A stretch of 63,915 nucleotides of DNA, counting the filler, from Perkinsus chesapeaki ATCC PRA-425 (taxonomy: Eukaryota > Protista > Perkinsozoa): NCBI GenBank assembly GCA_013115145.1. It is 7 parts of 7 records of this genome, joined end to end, with 100 filler letters (N's around TTAATTAATTAA, not from the genome) between each part and the next. Parts side by side here need not be neighbours in the genome. Positions count along the whole stretch, not along the records: positions 6,511 to 33,056 come from JAAPAO010000507.1; positions 33,157 to 55,298 come from JAAPAO010000586.1; 5 more parts are not named here. One strand, written 5' to 3'. Both the position numbers and the translations under genes were made by a program. This document shows positions 25,201-38,100 of the stretch, one piece after another. The notes beneath the pieces were generated by a model. It saw only the letters and a list, made by a program, of their open reading frames with translations. It searched no databases and had not been told where the DNA came from. Numbering within the stretch: position 1 is the first letter of the stretch; each line of letters begins with the position of its first letter.

Positions 25201-25990
25201 TCCAATGGACTTTAAGCTTATCTTACCTCCTTCAGAAGGGTAAACAATAGCCATGCAAACCATAGGAACTTTATCCCTAGGACCAGGAATGGAGTAGGAG
25301 TTTACTAGAAGTCTGCAACCGTATCCGGCGAGCTTCGTGCAAAACATTGCATCAGTGAGTGTCTCATCTATCAACTCTTTGGCCAACTGGTTCTTCAGCG
25401 ACTCGCAGCGATGCTGATTTATGATTGCCTGTCCGGCTGATATTTGGAGGCCGTCAAGGACAAGGCTTGCACCCGGTTGCTTGGGAATAATTACCGCCCG
25501 GGTAATAGGCGATAAACTGAACTAAATTGAACTGTAGTATCACCATTGAAGCCTGTCTCATTTATGAGGGCTTGGAGGACGTCGGTTGGTGCGGATACGT
25601 ATCCCCTCCCCACTGCACAGCTGCTGTAGCTCTACAAGTACATGGAATCTCATGACCGTTGCGGGCTTTATAGCGTTTTTTGACAGCTTGTAATCACCAG
25701 AACTCAATCAGGAGCAACTTGGCAGACCTTATGAGCAGTAGGACCAGCAGGCGTAGTAGTAGAGGTATTAGTTTAAGGAGCTTGAGTAGTTTCAGTATTA
25801 GTAGAGCCCTCCGCTTTAACCGATTGGTTAATGTCAGCAAGCGAGACGTGCTTATATGAACATCCTGAGCGATTACAAGATTGCCCAGCACTTGAGCATG
25901 TCCAAGAGTCGAATATCATTGCCACCCAGTCTGTTGACGTAAGGTCAATGACGTTGCTACTCACATAATGCCATTACGAGAGTAATGCCA
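22300..25990 (-). mobile_element. Decayed retroelement-like polyprotein (stops and frameshifts); boundaries approximate
   Basis: About 3 kb of intron-free broken ORFs on the minus strand: a C-x6-C-x4-C-x3-H finger (CSSAGQSCNRSGCSYKH) like the finger in the 59-kb element; weak RT motif-A-like VSLSDIDQSYRKV; RNase H-like GYCDSTAV. No YxDD motif found. Confidence 0.4.
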
Positions 25991-26098
25991 TAACTAGCGA
26001 TATTAGCCTAGATTAGCCTAGCTCTGGTATTGTGTGGTACACAGAACGGCATTGCCAATATAGATTATTCTACTAAGGCGTGCGAGCGGCATTCTGGC

Positions 26099-29000
26099 AT
26101 GTCTTCTTCAGAATTATTATCAATCTCACTATTGCATATGATACCATCTAATTCCGATTCGACTGTCACCGCCACCCTGAGCGAAGGAAAACTCGCTCTG
26201 GTATTCGCTGTACTGGTATGTCTGCTCGAGTCTTCATACCCACATAGTTTCTCGCTTAGCTAGTATCAACTTTCCTCGTATACTTTGCCGCGAATCGAGC
26301 TAAACAGCGAACGATGGAGGATGCCGATATGATAAAGTAAGCGTGTTTTCTGGTTCACCAAAATTCTTGATGCGATGATTCATCACAACTTCGGTACTGT
26401 GAGTGAGTCGGTAAATACGAAGTAGAACGATTGGTCATCGTTTATGGGTCAATGTTAGTCATCATGACTCGATGATCAATCATTTCCCATTTTCACCTGC
26501 CTGCCGCTCATTCATCTAGACTGGTGTAATTAATCGCACACTATGCCTCCTCAGGTCCAATAGAGTTTCCTTTTCGCTTCATCCCCTACAAAGGAAGTAT
26601 CTTACGGTCTATGTTTTGGCCATGCTCAGTGACTGGCTTCAAGGACCGTAAGGTCTCACCCGTTTAATAGTTGATTTCCGTTTCATTGACCGCGAATGGT
26701 TAACTCCCGATGCTGTTGAAGGTGGCTCTCAATTAGTTGAGAACTCTAGAATTCCACAAATTCCTTACGAACATTTTGTCTAGCTCGATTCGCACCATAG
26801 ACCCTGATGATGATCATTCTAGTGGATTAGTTTCACTGGAGTCATTCCGCATCTGTTCCTGTATCTTAGTTACGTTTATGCTCTCTACGAGTCCTATGGT
26901 TTCGATCGTCATCAGAATGCCAGTCTATTCGTCTGTGGGTTCGCAAGTTCTATGATCCTCGGGACATTCGTTGGAAGCTTTGCTGATAGGTGGCTTATGA
27001 AAAAAAACTTCCGCTTGAATATATTCAACCAGATACGGACGCAGGAGGTTCTGCCTGCTATACTGCTGGCTCTACATCGCATCATGCCTCACCAAACACA
27101 TCTCGCTTTATCCAGTTCTTATGATTGGTCGATTGCTGGGTGGCACGGCCACCAGTTTGTTGTTCAGGTGGGTGCCATCGAAATGTTCAGAGTGAAAATT
27201 GTTGGGGATTCTTCCAAGTGCAATCCGGCAAACCGTGTCACATTCCCATACTGAATCAATATTTCAAGTGTGATCTGCTAGAAGCAATATAGTATACTAG
27301 TAAAGACTAACAGCATGCATATTGCGTCCGCTGTGGTAGTATCACAGAATATGTACTCCGGTCACCAGAGTCTCATATCAACTCCATCAGATATCACTTC
27401 TTGACAAAACTTAAGCCCATGAGGATATCCAACAGGAACGTTGGTGTAAAAGCCTTCAACAATACTTTAAGGGCCATATATCTCCTCTGATTGCCGGCCG
27501 CATTTTCCCAATATAAAACGTGTAAATCGAGAATCTCGATTCGAGATAAACCCATCGTGGCTCTAGGTTGATCTACTAAGGTGGAGAGAATTGCTGACAA
27601 AAAGCTCCGGTTTTCCGGCTGGAATCACATTAGAATTAATCCTATCTAAGTGCGTATCTACCATCATTCAGTCTATCGTCTTCAGTGTTTTCGAATCCTG
27701 GTTCATCTGCGAGGCCACTACATCCAACCAGAGCGATCTCGTTCCTTCAACGCTCGGTGTGGCTGTGGCACTGAACTCCGCCACTGCTATACTTGCTGGA
27801 GGTATGTCCTGCGGGGCGTACAGCGTGAAATGAGCTCAAGCAACAAGGGCGCAGGAGGTATGTGAGCCCAATAATTAATGATTCTGAAGAGATCAGATGG
27901 TAGAAACGTATTCAGCACTGAAACTGTCTCTTCCCAATTAGCGAGAGAAGCTCCGTTATCTGATTGGGCATCAATAACTGATATATCTAAGATCAGCATT
28001 ATATGAAAAAATCGTTTTATAGGCTATGAATTACTGCAAGTCCAGGCCGCGAAAGCTTCTATCTGTTCCAATAAACCAATCTGATCGTTCATTTACGGGG
28101 GCAGTTGACCGGATTCCTCGACTGACACTGTCGCCGTATTATTGGTGCTTCAGTCCTGGCCCAAGCAAGCGTATCCCTCGCCCCGATGCGGGAGATAACT
28201 CCAGTCTTCAAAATCGCCGGGTAAGTTTTATGGTCCCATTATGGAACTTCTATACCAGTTGGTGAAAAATCATGAAAAACCACTGGTCACCAAAAGGCAC
28301 TCGTAAACGAGGACCCGCTCAACGAACGGAGAATCCAGCGGGAGAGTGCATCGATGGCTTATCATCTTGCTGAATTCGTGACTGATTAAACATCATTGAA
28401 TGTGGATTTAGCACCCTCTCGCGATTCAGTATTTCCCGTTAACCTTTGCACGGTTATCTTACGCAAGATACTGCAGTCCGTTCGATTTGTCGATTATATC
28501 GCTTATGCTAACTGCTGTATTCATAATGATTACGTGGAAGGAAAATTATGGCACAAATGACAGGGTTGAGGATACCACTGGAAGAGCTTTCATAAGGGAA
28601 TGGATCAGAAGTGAGCAAATGACCTCGATTATTTCACATCATCTCCATGGATTGCTCGCGCCAGTTCGTATTTTCGTCAGGTATATGGCAGTGCATCCAA
28701 GCCAATCGTTGCATCATCTGTCTGGGCTGCATTCAAGCCTTATATGAATCCTCCATGTACACCGAGTCGTATCGATTCATATCGTCGTCTAACTCGCGTT
28801 TCCAGGGTTTCATCGGAAATGGACTCGACATGAGATGCCGCATCTTTCTCGGATTCCTGGTTTCGAACGCACGGTATGTTATTCAGTATTATCTGATACG
28901 ACTTACAGGTACATCTTCGTATTCATGTGGACGCCTGCGCTGGAACAAGCCAACAGCGGCGTGACCGTCTCCCTTGGTCTGGTATTCGCCTCGTTCATGA

Positions 29001-30818
29001 CATCGTGCACACTAGGTTCACAGATATTCAGGTGAGCCGTACTAACCAGCTCGCAGTAGTACAGCCCTCCCCAATGAAATAGAATATTCCGTATTATCAC
29101 GATTTACGATTATTACGAGAAATCGTAATAATACGGAATATTCTATTTCATTGGGGAGGGCTGTATACTGCCTGGCCAGTTGGCTAGGCTAGCCCTGAAA
29201 CCAGTTGGTTAACTGCTACTTGGCCGAAAAGTTTTCGGCGAAAACAAGAAAATCTAAGTAGTGCTTAGTATCCACCACTGGTGGACAACCAGTAGTGGCC
29301 CACCATGGTCGATGACTGTTAGTCGTGACTAATGGCTAGCTGTGCTATTGAAAAGTGTTCATAATGAACAGTTCATTACGTTTAATCGTCTCGAATAATT
29401 CACCCGAACAGCTCTCCACTTCGCCTCGACAACATCGACAAACTCCCATACGGTACTTAGATCTAGAAGGCGTGAAAATTACCGCGATGCTTCCCAAATT
29501 TTATGTATGTTTTCCTCCAGGTATTCCCGTGTGGTTCCATCGTTCAACCAATCAGTTGTTGGTACTCTCAGAATTGTATGCCTGCTTGCTCTCATCTCTC
29601 AAGCAAGCGTTCTCATGTGAGTAGTCACTACTTGGTAGTGCACTGTGTCTTATTGGTCGCGGTTCTAGAGCCATACAACGAACTCAACCGATGCTATTGA
29701 ATGTGTAACTGCTTTCTTTATCGATCCGATATAAACCATAAAATAAATAACATATACGATATTATCGATTATTTCGGGTTTTGAAAACTCTAGTTTTGAA
29801 ATCTCGCAACAGCGCAATCTTCCTGCCCGGGAATTCCTTCCGTCACGCGACAGTTTCATCGCGTGCACGAGAACGAACTACTTCTAGCGTCGTTGGTGGA
29901 GACCAGCCACAATATTATTAGACATTTTCTTGGACGTGTCGCGTCATGTAAGCAAAAGCTTCCTTTTTTTTGAAAATCCGTTTTTCCTAGCAGCACCCTC
30001 CAGTACGTCGCAGCTCGGGTCCAAATTTCTTGCTAGGGTTTTGCTGCAGTGGCGAGCGCGATCGAGGTGAATGCAAATAGCCACATAACATGGGGGAGCA
30101 ATCATCCTTTCGCTCCGACTTCTTGATCACGAGAACTTATACATGATTTTAACCTTCTCATCAAATCATCATGCATTAATTGAATGCAAATTTTCTAGAT
30201 TTCCTTAGAAATTCTTCTCGACGTGAGCGGCAACACGTGCATCATTCCCGCGCTGCCCTTTCTAGGTGGCCGTCATTGCCTTGGTCTGTTATGGTATGCT
30301 TCCTTGCATTCGAGGCTTCAGTCGGTGTCTACTATCCCACAATGGGAACTCTGAAGGCCCAGATAGTGCCAGAGTCCCATCGGTCGACCATGTATAACTT
30401 GTTCCGGGTAATGCAAGGTCTGATCCAGCTGCTTTGGATTAGCCGGTCTGAGTTCGTACAGACGTGCGAGGCTTTGGTAGCTGTGTTTTGTCATTAGAAT
30501 CGTCACTGATGTATTTCAACATTGATATCAGCTGATCATCAAAATAGAAATCATTAGTTTTCCGTGAGCTGAACCTTATTGAAATTTATAACTTAATCTA
30601 TATTTTTCTGACTTGGTTCTGTTCACCAGGTCCCATTGAACCTCATCGTTGTTGGCGCTCTTCTGGTAAAACTAGAAGTAGCGGAAGCATTCGCCGTAAC
30701 ATCAGTGCTCCTGTTCTGCGCGTTGGCGTTGAGTCTCCGGATCCAGAATCCCTCTCAGACTGTGAGATTCTGCGAACCTCACCTTCCACTGCTGCGTGGT
30801 AGACAGGAGGTCAGCTGA
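26099..30818 (+). CDS. MFSD5: MFS transporter, MFSD5/MOT2 (molybdate-anion transporter) family; multi-exon, 3' end approximate
   Basis: Exons give LQRKYLTVYVLAMLSDWLQGP, LFVCGFASSMILGTFVGSFADR, GRRRFCLLYC, GRLLGGTATSLLF, VFESW, WKENYG, QALYESSMY-IFVFMWTPAL, GLVFASFM, FEASVGVYYPTMGTLKAQIVPESHRSTMYNLFR-VPLN. Confidence 0.9.
29060..29165. mobile_element. MITE-like fold-back element (Tc1/mariner-type TA...TA), intronic
   Basis: Perfect 38-bp inverted repeat TACAGCCCTCCCCAATGAAATAGAATATTCCGTATTAT / reverse complement with a ~30-bp spacer; ends are TA-CAG...CTG-TA. Confidence 0.7.
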
Positions 30819-31399
30819 GGCCTACTTGGTCTGTAAGAGTATCCTAATTGAACTGTTCTGTTTTTCTGACACCTCTAGCTAGCCATTCCCAGTTGACTGC
30901 GGTGAACAATTGCACAGTTGTACCTCAATTCTGATCCCGTTTTTCACTAACTTTTTTGAGTTGCCTAATAAACCTATAAACTGTCTATAAACAAGTTGTG
31001 TTCAGACGTTCATCAGAACTGGTGGTGGAGAAGAAATCTCATCCTCGAAAGACTAAAGAGACATGTGATCAAATGCGTTCCGTTAAATCTTGTGTTCTAA
31101 GTGAACGGCACACGAGCAAGCGGGGCCTTCCTGCCGGAAAGTGTACCTTAGCGGTACTGAGCGTAGCTCTAGCTATAGTATAATCTACGTATCAACACAG
31201 TACTTGAGGAGAAGGACGTAGTGTCTCGATTGTACGTCGAGTAATGACTCATTACTGTATTAATGAGAACACAGTGACTTTAGTCTAGCTTTAGCTACAA
31301 CACGGAATCATATTTGCCGTGGCGCCATCATCGCGCCACATATGGTCCCTCACTGAGGGGCCCTCAGAGTCGTGTCTTACGACCTGTTGGATGTAATAC

Positions 31400-31780
31400 T
31401 GGATCTGATAGTGGGCCTTGTCACTTTGGATACAGAAAGAACCAAAGTCTCAGCCCACCACTGGGCCGGAACCAAAGTTCGGCTTTGTTAGTGGCCCTAG
31501 CCAATTTGAATACATAAAGAACTAAGGTCTCAGCCGATCACTGGACCGTAACCAAAGTTCGGCTTTGTTAGAGGGCATTCAATGCCATCTACTCTAATGC
31601 TCTCTGATTTGGCAATTTGCTAAATCAAATTCGTAAAGAACTATAAGTATCAACCTATGACTGGGACAGCATCGAAATTCATGTTTGTTCAGAGGCCCTT
31701 ACCAATTTGGAAGTATAAGGAACTGAGGTCTCACCCCATCACTGGGCCATGAGCAGAGTTCGATGCTATTGCGTGACTCT
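31400..31780. repeat. Degenerate tandem repeat, ~80-82-bp unit, ~4-5 copies
   Basis: Unit starts AA(A/G)GAAC.A...TC..CC...CACTGG at 31436, 31516, 31635 and 31717. Confidence 0.7.
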
Positions 31781-33361
31781 TAAGCTTAACTCTTAGCTTC
31801 AATGATACTAAATCAGTGCCTATCAATGCGTTAAGTTAATACGAATCGCTAGGACATAGCGGTCCCTCACGGGACCACGCCTCTAGCCTGTGAATCCTGT
31901 AATGCATGCTCATTTCGTGATGTCTTGTACACAAATGCAATACTGTATTTAAATTTTGTGCAGTACACTATTATCTTGCAAGTGCGGTCGTGTGACGCCA
32001 CTCCTATCAGTCGCACTCCCCTTACTTCACGTATTTTTTACTGCCGCTGCGTTACTCTCCGCTCTCAATAATTTATTAGGCGGAAGCTCAACAGCTACAG
32101 ATAAAACGGTCGCCAGTGGCGAGCAGGCTGGCACTGGTGGTGCAGATAAATCGAAGGGAAGTGTCGGTGGGGAGCCTAGTCGGAGGGCAGGTTCTTGAAT
32201 TTAGGTGCCTCGCTGTACTATAGGTAACTTGTAGGTAACGACTCGGTTTTCGAGAAATCGCAAGGGGACTGCGGTGGGGAGCTGCCTCGACAATGAAGGT
32301 AACTTCTACAGTTGGTCGCTTGAGGTCTCGTCGATCGAGGATACCCGGCTGTAGTCTACTGGACTCTCTCAGATCGGCCTCCTTCTGTGGAAGACAGTTC
32401 CACTGTTGCCGCGTGTCAGAAGATCATCTTCAGAAGATGGCGATGGACGGGTTGTGCGTCCCCAAGTGAGATATCTCGGCTCTTCGGAATCCGTGGAAAT
32501 TCCGTGGATTCGAAGTTAGTAGTTCTGAAGTTCGGATCAATAGAATTTCAACTTTGCTTACTCACGTCACGCTTGGCATACTGGGGTGATTTATTATGAC
32601 TCATGTCTATCAGCCAACCGGTACTCCCGAGGTGCATCATGCACCACAGATCTCAGGCGTGCATGGCAGTAGTGTTCCTCATGATCAAATAGGCTTGGAG
32701 TCTTCTCTGGGCTTCTTTTTACACTTGAGTTAGGCTCCCTTTAATTTGGCGCAGGATATGCGTGGTGCCTGCCTTGCTCGTAGTTTTAACCAGGGTTCTG
32801 CGCAAGGGGAACGCAAGGGAATTCTCACGAGGTAATTCCAGCACGGGAATGGGCAATTTGCCAGAGGGTGGGGGAATCCCCCAGGGGGATTCCCGGGAAA
32901 TTCCTCACCCGCGCGAAAAAAATCGTTTTGTGCCGTTTTCACACATTTTCTTGCGCAAGGAAGACTGGCCGTTTTACTGAGGCTGAAACCTTCGCGTCAG
33001 GGGACAGTGACACAAACAGCTGAAGCACTCAAGCTAGTTATCCCGCGCCTCCTCAGNNNNNNNNNNNNNNNNNNNNNNNNNNNNNNNNNNNNNNNNNNNN
33101 TTAATTAATTAANNNNNNNNNNNNNNNNNNNNNNNNNNNNNNNNNNNNNNNNNNNNCATAGACAAGGCAGATTCCGAGGCATCGGATAGCACCTGTGGAA
33201 GCTTATGAGGTGTGAGAGAACAAGTCTACTTACCACTCTAGACGGTTCCGCATACTTTGCACAGTACATCCCCGCGAGCCCTTGCCCACAACCGACTTCC
33301 AGTACTGACGAATTCCTGAGAGAATAACAGCTGGCCTATTTGAGCATCTTCGGATTCGTCC

Positions 33362-33433
33362 GCGCCGCTGGTCTAAAGGTTACGACATCTGTCTGCCAAG
33401 CGGATAATCCGGGTTCGATTCCCGGGCGGCGCA
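33362..33433 (+). tRNA. tRNA-Gly(GCC)
   Basis: GCGCCGCTGGTCTAAAGGTTACGACATCTGTCTGCCAAGCGGATAATCCGGGTTCGATTCCCGGGCGGCGCA: 7-bp acceptor stem, GCC anticodon, GTTCGATTCC T-loop. Confidence 0.95.
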
Positions 33434-33574
33434 GTTTATCGGGAAACGTAAAGTTTCGGCACGTGAAAAGAATAGAGTTGCCTCAGCCAGAGCCGAACAT
33501 GAGGAAAGGACTTTTAGCCAGCAGACCTTTACCTTATTATTCCTCAGCTTACTTTATTTCGGGGCATTGGTCTA

Positions 33575-34851
33575 TCAACCAACAGAGTGCTTTTGTGGCT
33601 CCCACCCATATCGTTTTATATGTTGCATCCGGATCACTCGACTCCTTCTCGAGGATTCCTTCTTGCTCTCTGTTTTTGTATCGAATGCCGCGCCCAAAGG
33701 CCAACTCAATGACTTGCGACATTTTGATGATTCCCCTTTACGATAATGTGAGAGTTTACTATACAAACACAATATAGTACTTGAATGAATAACGTTTGGA
33801 TTGAAGCGTAAGAAACACAGCTGATGAACCGACGCCGTCACCCTCACCGCGATCTGTTCAAACGCGGCCTTTGTATCGGAACCTCTGGTTGTACCTGCAA
33901 GGTGACCTGTGAAAATTCTGTGTTGGAGCATCGCCTTACATTTGAAGCATCTGCTTAACTTTCTCGCGTGAGGAGTCACTACCTGCTGAGGCGAAGAGAT
34001 GGAGAACCTAACCAAGATGAAACCGATTGACGACCAGCAGCAACGAAGATCGGGCGAATTCTGACCGTTTTGCTGCGGAATAGAAGGGAGCTTCCGAGAG
34101 AGTAGAGAGAGCAGTTTGTGCGCTTCAGAGGATGACACTTACATCATCAGACTTGTATGAAGCAGCATCGCCAGCTATCCGTTTTGTTGCCGCTGATCCT
34201 TCACACAGCAACGGATACAACGTCGCCGAAACTACTTCATCCACCTTGTCATCGGCTAAATTTTCTGACAGTAAAAACCCATGGTACGGGAGTGTGGGAA
34301 GGGGAGAGCACCGAATCTCAATTAAGTTATAATTCGATGATTGTTTGAGAGATTGGTGCTATCCATGTCTACGATGGTATTATGAGTAATGGCAATACTC
34401 TTGTCCATTTATGTAAACCAGTTTATTAACCATCGAGAGACATCTCCCTACCTAGGATTTTAAAAAAAAAAATAATTAACAAACAACCTTGTTTGGCCTC
34501 AACATAACAGTATTTAGCCCAAAGCGGTTCATGAACATCGATTGCGTATTGTGTTTGGGTGTACGTGCATCACAATGATCTGCACGCATGCACTCACCTC
34601 CCCGCGGGTTTTTACTATCGCTACGTTGCACTGCGCTATCAAGAAACATCAGCGACATCCGCCTTCTACGATGATGGGTACCTCCAGCGATATCGATCCT
34701 CTGCTTCTTCTTGCTCACCCAGTGCCTCGATATAAGTTCTGCGGCAATCACTGGTGAATACTTGCGAAGCGCTGCCGCTGGGACCGTCTTTGTTAACTTC
34801 TCTAAATACCGCGCTAAGTAGGGGATCCTGATAGGAGATTACGTCGGCCAT
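33575..34851 (-). CDS. Hypothetical multi-exon protein
   Basis: ATG exon MADVISYQDPLLSAVFREV...RYRWR, internal exon NLADDKVDEVVSATLYPLL...YKSDD|gtaagt, basic C-terminus KKESSRRSRVIRMQHIKRYG. No family recognised. Confidence 0.5.
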
Positions 34852-35169
34852 TCAAGTGTCTGATTTGGAGCACTCACCATGAAAGTTCCTCCATCTCATC
34901 CCTTTTCCGTTTTCCGGCCGCACGCAATGCGCTCGTCGCGCGAACTCCGATCAAACCGAGTGTGCTAATTAGCCACTCCGACGGTGCAGACGCCAGCACA
35001 GTCCACAGCAAAGCGAAGCCGTACAAACTGGCATCATCACTGAAAAGACGAATGCTTCATTGGCGAAATCATTCTGTGAAACTTCTACTATCCTCTTGGA
35101 CACCAATTAATCATATATAGTGCAGGTGACGAGAAACGCGCGAGTCCATTTACTCATGAACTTATCCGT

Positions 35170-38100
35170 TATCTGGGAACATCAGATAGAGTCATCAGCA
35201 ATAGCAAAGCCCGACGGATGAAAAATAATACTCGCTGAACAGCGGATCGTTTGCCTTCTCTACTGGCTCGCAGAGGGTACTCGTCATCTCACCTATCGCC
35301 TTCCTCCAACAATCTTATTCCAAGCCGTATCATCGCGCCATGAATGCCACAGACTGCGGTACCGTTTGGTGGCATGGATGGCGACAACGAATGATGGATA
35401 GATAACAACACCCTACACCTGGAAAATGAGACTTAACTCACCAGCATGCTGAGAAAAAGCGTTGAAGACTTCCCAGCCGAGTTCTCGAGCTCCCATGCAA
35501 GCTTGGATACGCTTGATTAGAAACCTTTTCCCATCTCTGATGTGCGCCACAAGAACTCCACAAATGGTGATTCATTTCGACCGATTTATCATACCGAAAT
35601 TTCGCAAAAATTTTTTATATTTCCCGTGTGATTGGCCCGAAGATACAACTACTTAATTGGCGCGCTGGAGTAAGAACAGTCAGCAGAAATGATTCATCCC
35701 CAGGTCGCCTTTGTGAATAAAACTACAATACACAGTATCAAAGTTTACCAGTTGAACGTTCAATTTTACGTAGCATCTACAATCACAATTGCTATTCCGT
35801 AAAATATCGCAGTTATCCGGCTATCCCAGAAATATGTTATGATATTAATTATTTAGTTATATATTAATGTGTTCATGCATTTGGTATACCAACCTCGGCA
35901 CATGAGCTAGTTAACCATCAACACCATCCTTACCTTTCAGAGCAATATTCTTCTTCTCCTAATATCGCCAATCCACCCAGAACAATCTCAACGTCTCGTT
36001 CGGTGAGCTGGTGATACCTAATAATTGGAGTGAACTGTCGGCATTTAATGACATTCAACTTTACATAGTATCTTCAATCACAACTGCTATCCCGTACAAT
36101 ATCGCTGTTACTCGGCAATCAACCATCTCACTGTGGGAGCATTCCCGGACCAACGCTGGCACCTGTAGGACAAGCAGCTTACCAATAATACTGTTGCGCG
36201 GCAAACATGAGTAGTATTAAATTTTCCATGTACTACAGTGTTCGTAAGGATACCACCCTGCGCATCATATATGGCGAACGAGCTAGTGTCCTCTACGCGT
36301 ATCACTGGAAAGCCAACATGTACTGCTGCACTGTCACAATATTATATTTTCTAACTGTTTCTTACTTTGCAAAGACAACTTCAATACCGATGAAAATCTC
36401 ACGTGGCTTGATAACTCATTCAAGGTTGTAATATTTTGTTATCATCACTCAACATCTTATCATTATAGTTCTATTATATTATACTTACAATCAACCTTAG
36501 AAGACCTCTCCTGGCAGAACCTCCGCATTTCGCCAATGCAACCCAACACTTGTCAACCGATCTACCAACGCTCGACGGCCTGTCTGTGCCTGACGATGTG
36601 CACTTCCACCACATCGAGCGACGAAGAATAAGCAGGTACCGAAACTCGGATTTTAATAATAACAACGAGGCAAATGATATCACATAAATGTCTATGAATA
36701 AATGTGAATGTATGATAATATATGAATTCACTGTAGTTCACGATAGCTATATAAATTATATATTATGAATATATAAATAAATAATTTATGATATATAGAT
36801 ATGTAATAAAGCTAATCATTGCAATATTTATATTAACAGGTATTCGTAATTAATAATATAAGGTTGATACGGATAAATATATATTTTTCCACGGGCAGTT
36901 CTTCTCCTCTTTTCACCAGACAGCAGACAACAACCAGTACAGGAGTACAGCTACAGGCTCAGTCAGCCGTAGAAGGCCGAGCAGCCCTACGAAGCGTAGG
37001 AACAATATTATGTGCCATAATAATACTCGAGTTATATTCCCAAAATATAGTAATAACGACTATAACGAGATTATATTTAATTAACTTATCCTCCTGGGGA
37101 GATATCTTACACTTTTCCGCGCCGACATTCCATTAGTAGATCTCACCTTCAGAAGGGCTTCCTTCCTTTACCGATAGTAGAAGGCCCTTAGGCAGCCACC
37201 ACACTCCCCTGTGACGCGCCATCGCGTCACACGTCACAGAAATCACATTCTCGAGCATTTCGCTTGTCGAAACGTCTTCTCGAGTGAGCAAATGTAACAG
37301 CACTGCCGGGGAGCTCTTGGCGATCGATTCTATCGAAGCTTGCCTGGACAATTTCGTGGCGCGTGAAGGCCAATGTAGGGGTATCTAAAAATGAGACAGT
37401 GCGAACTTAAGCTGACACGGTAATGTCTTCGTTAGACCGAAATAGAACCGACACTCCGTAGAGGAAGAACTGGTCGATCTTTCAAAAAGCGACCAGTGAC
37501 GCATTAAACAGTGACACTTATAAAACTCTTCCTTGCCATTCCAACACACGGACATATACCGAGTAAAGCGCCACCATGCTTTCTTAGCGAACACGCGGCG
37601 AGAGCGGTATGAGAACTAATCTATTCTCACCTCGTTGGTCAGTGCCGCTCCTATAAGTTCATCGACAGCATCATCCTCCTTCGTATCATCGGGAAGTACG
37701 ACTTCGCAAATTTCTCTGCACACTCGCGGAGCTTCCGGAAACATCTTCGCCAGTAGCAACATCTTCCTTCTTGGACATGACGCAGATAGATCAACGCGGA
37801 CACGATCATCATCATCGACGACGAGCTCCTTAGGCATCTATCGGGTACAATGATACTGTGCAAAGGAGAACAATTCCAATCACTGGGGTGCACTACAAAT
37901 GTATATACAAATAGTCCCATGGAAACATCTAAAGCCTTGAAAGAAGATATGGAATTTTGCAACTGGCTGCCCTTTTACAAAGTTCACTTCAACTATATAA
38001 ATCACACAATTCCTGTCTATCGCAAAACTGCCGTACTATCGTATTACTAGCTTTGTCAACACTCTTCACTGCCCTTTCTCGCGACTAGCTATGAGCCCAA

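Noticed and set aside
31956-32600. Plus-strand gene starting with ORF 31956-32198
   Set aside because: Some exon-like segments exist, but I could not build a consistent spliced frame.
32740-33056. GC-rich palindromic stretch (GGGGGAATCCCCC, TTCCCGGGAA) as a defined element end
   Set aside because: Runs into a gap, no partner terminus is visible, and short TTCCCGG(G)AA palindromes elsewhere could be chance.
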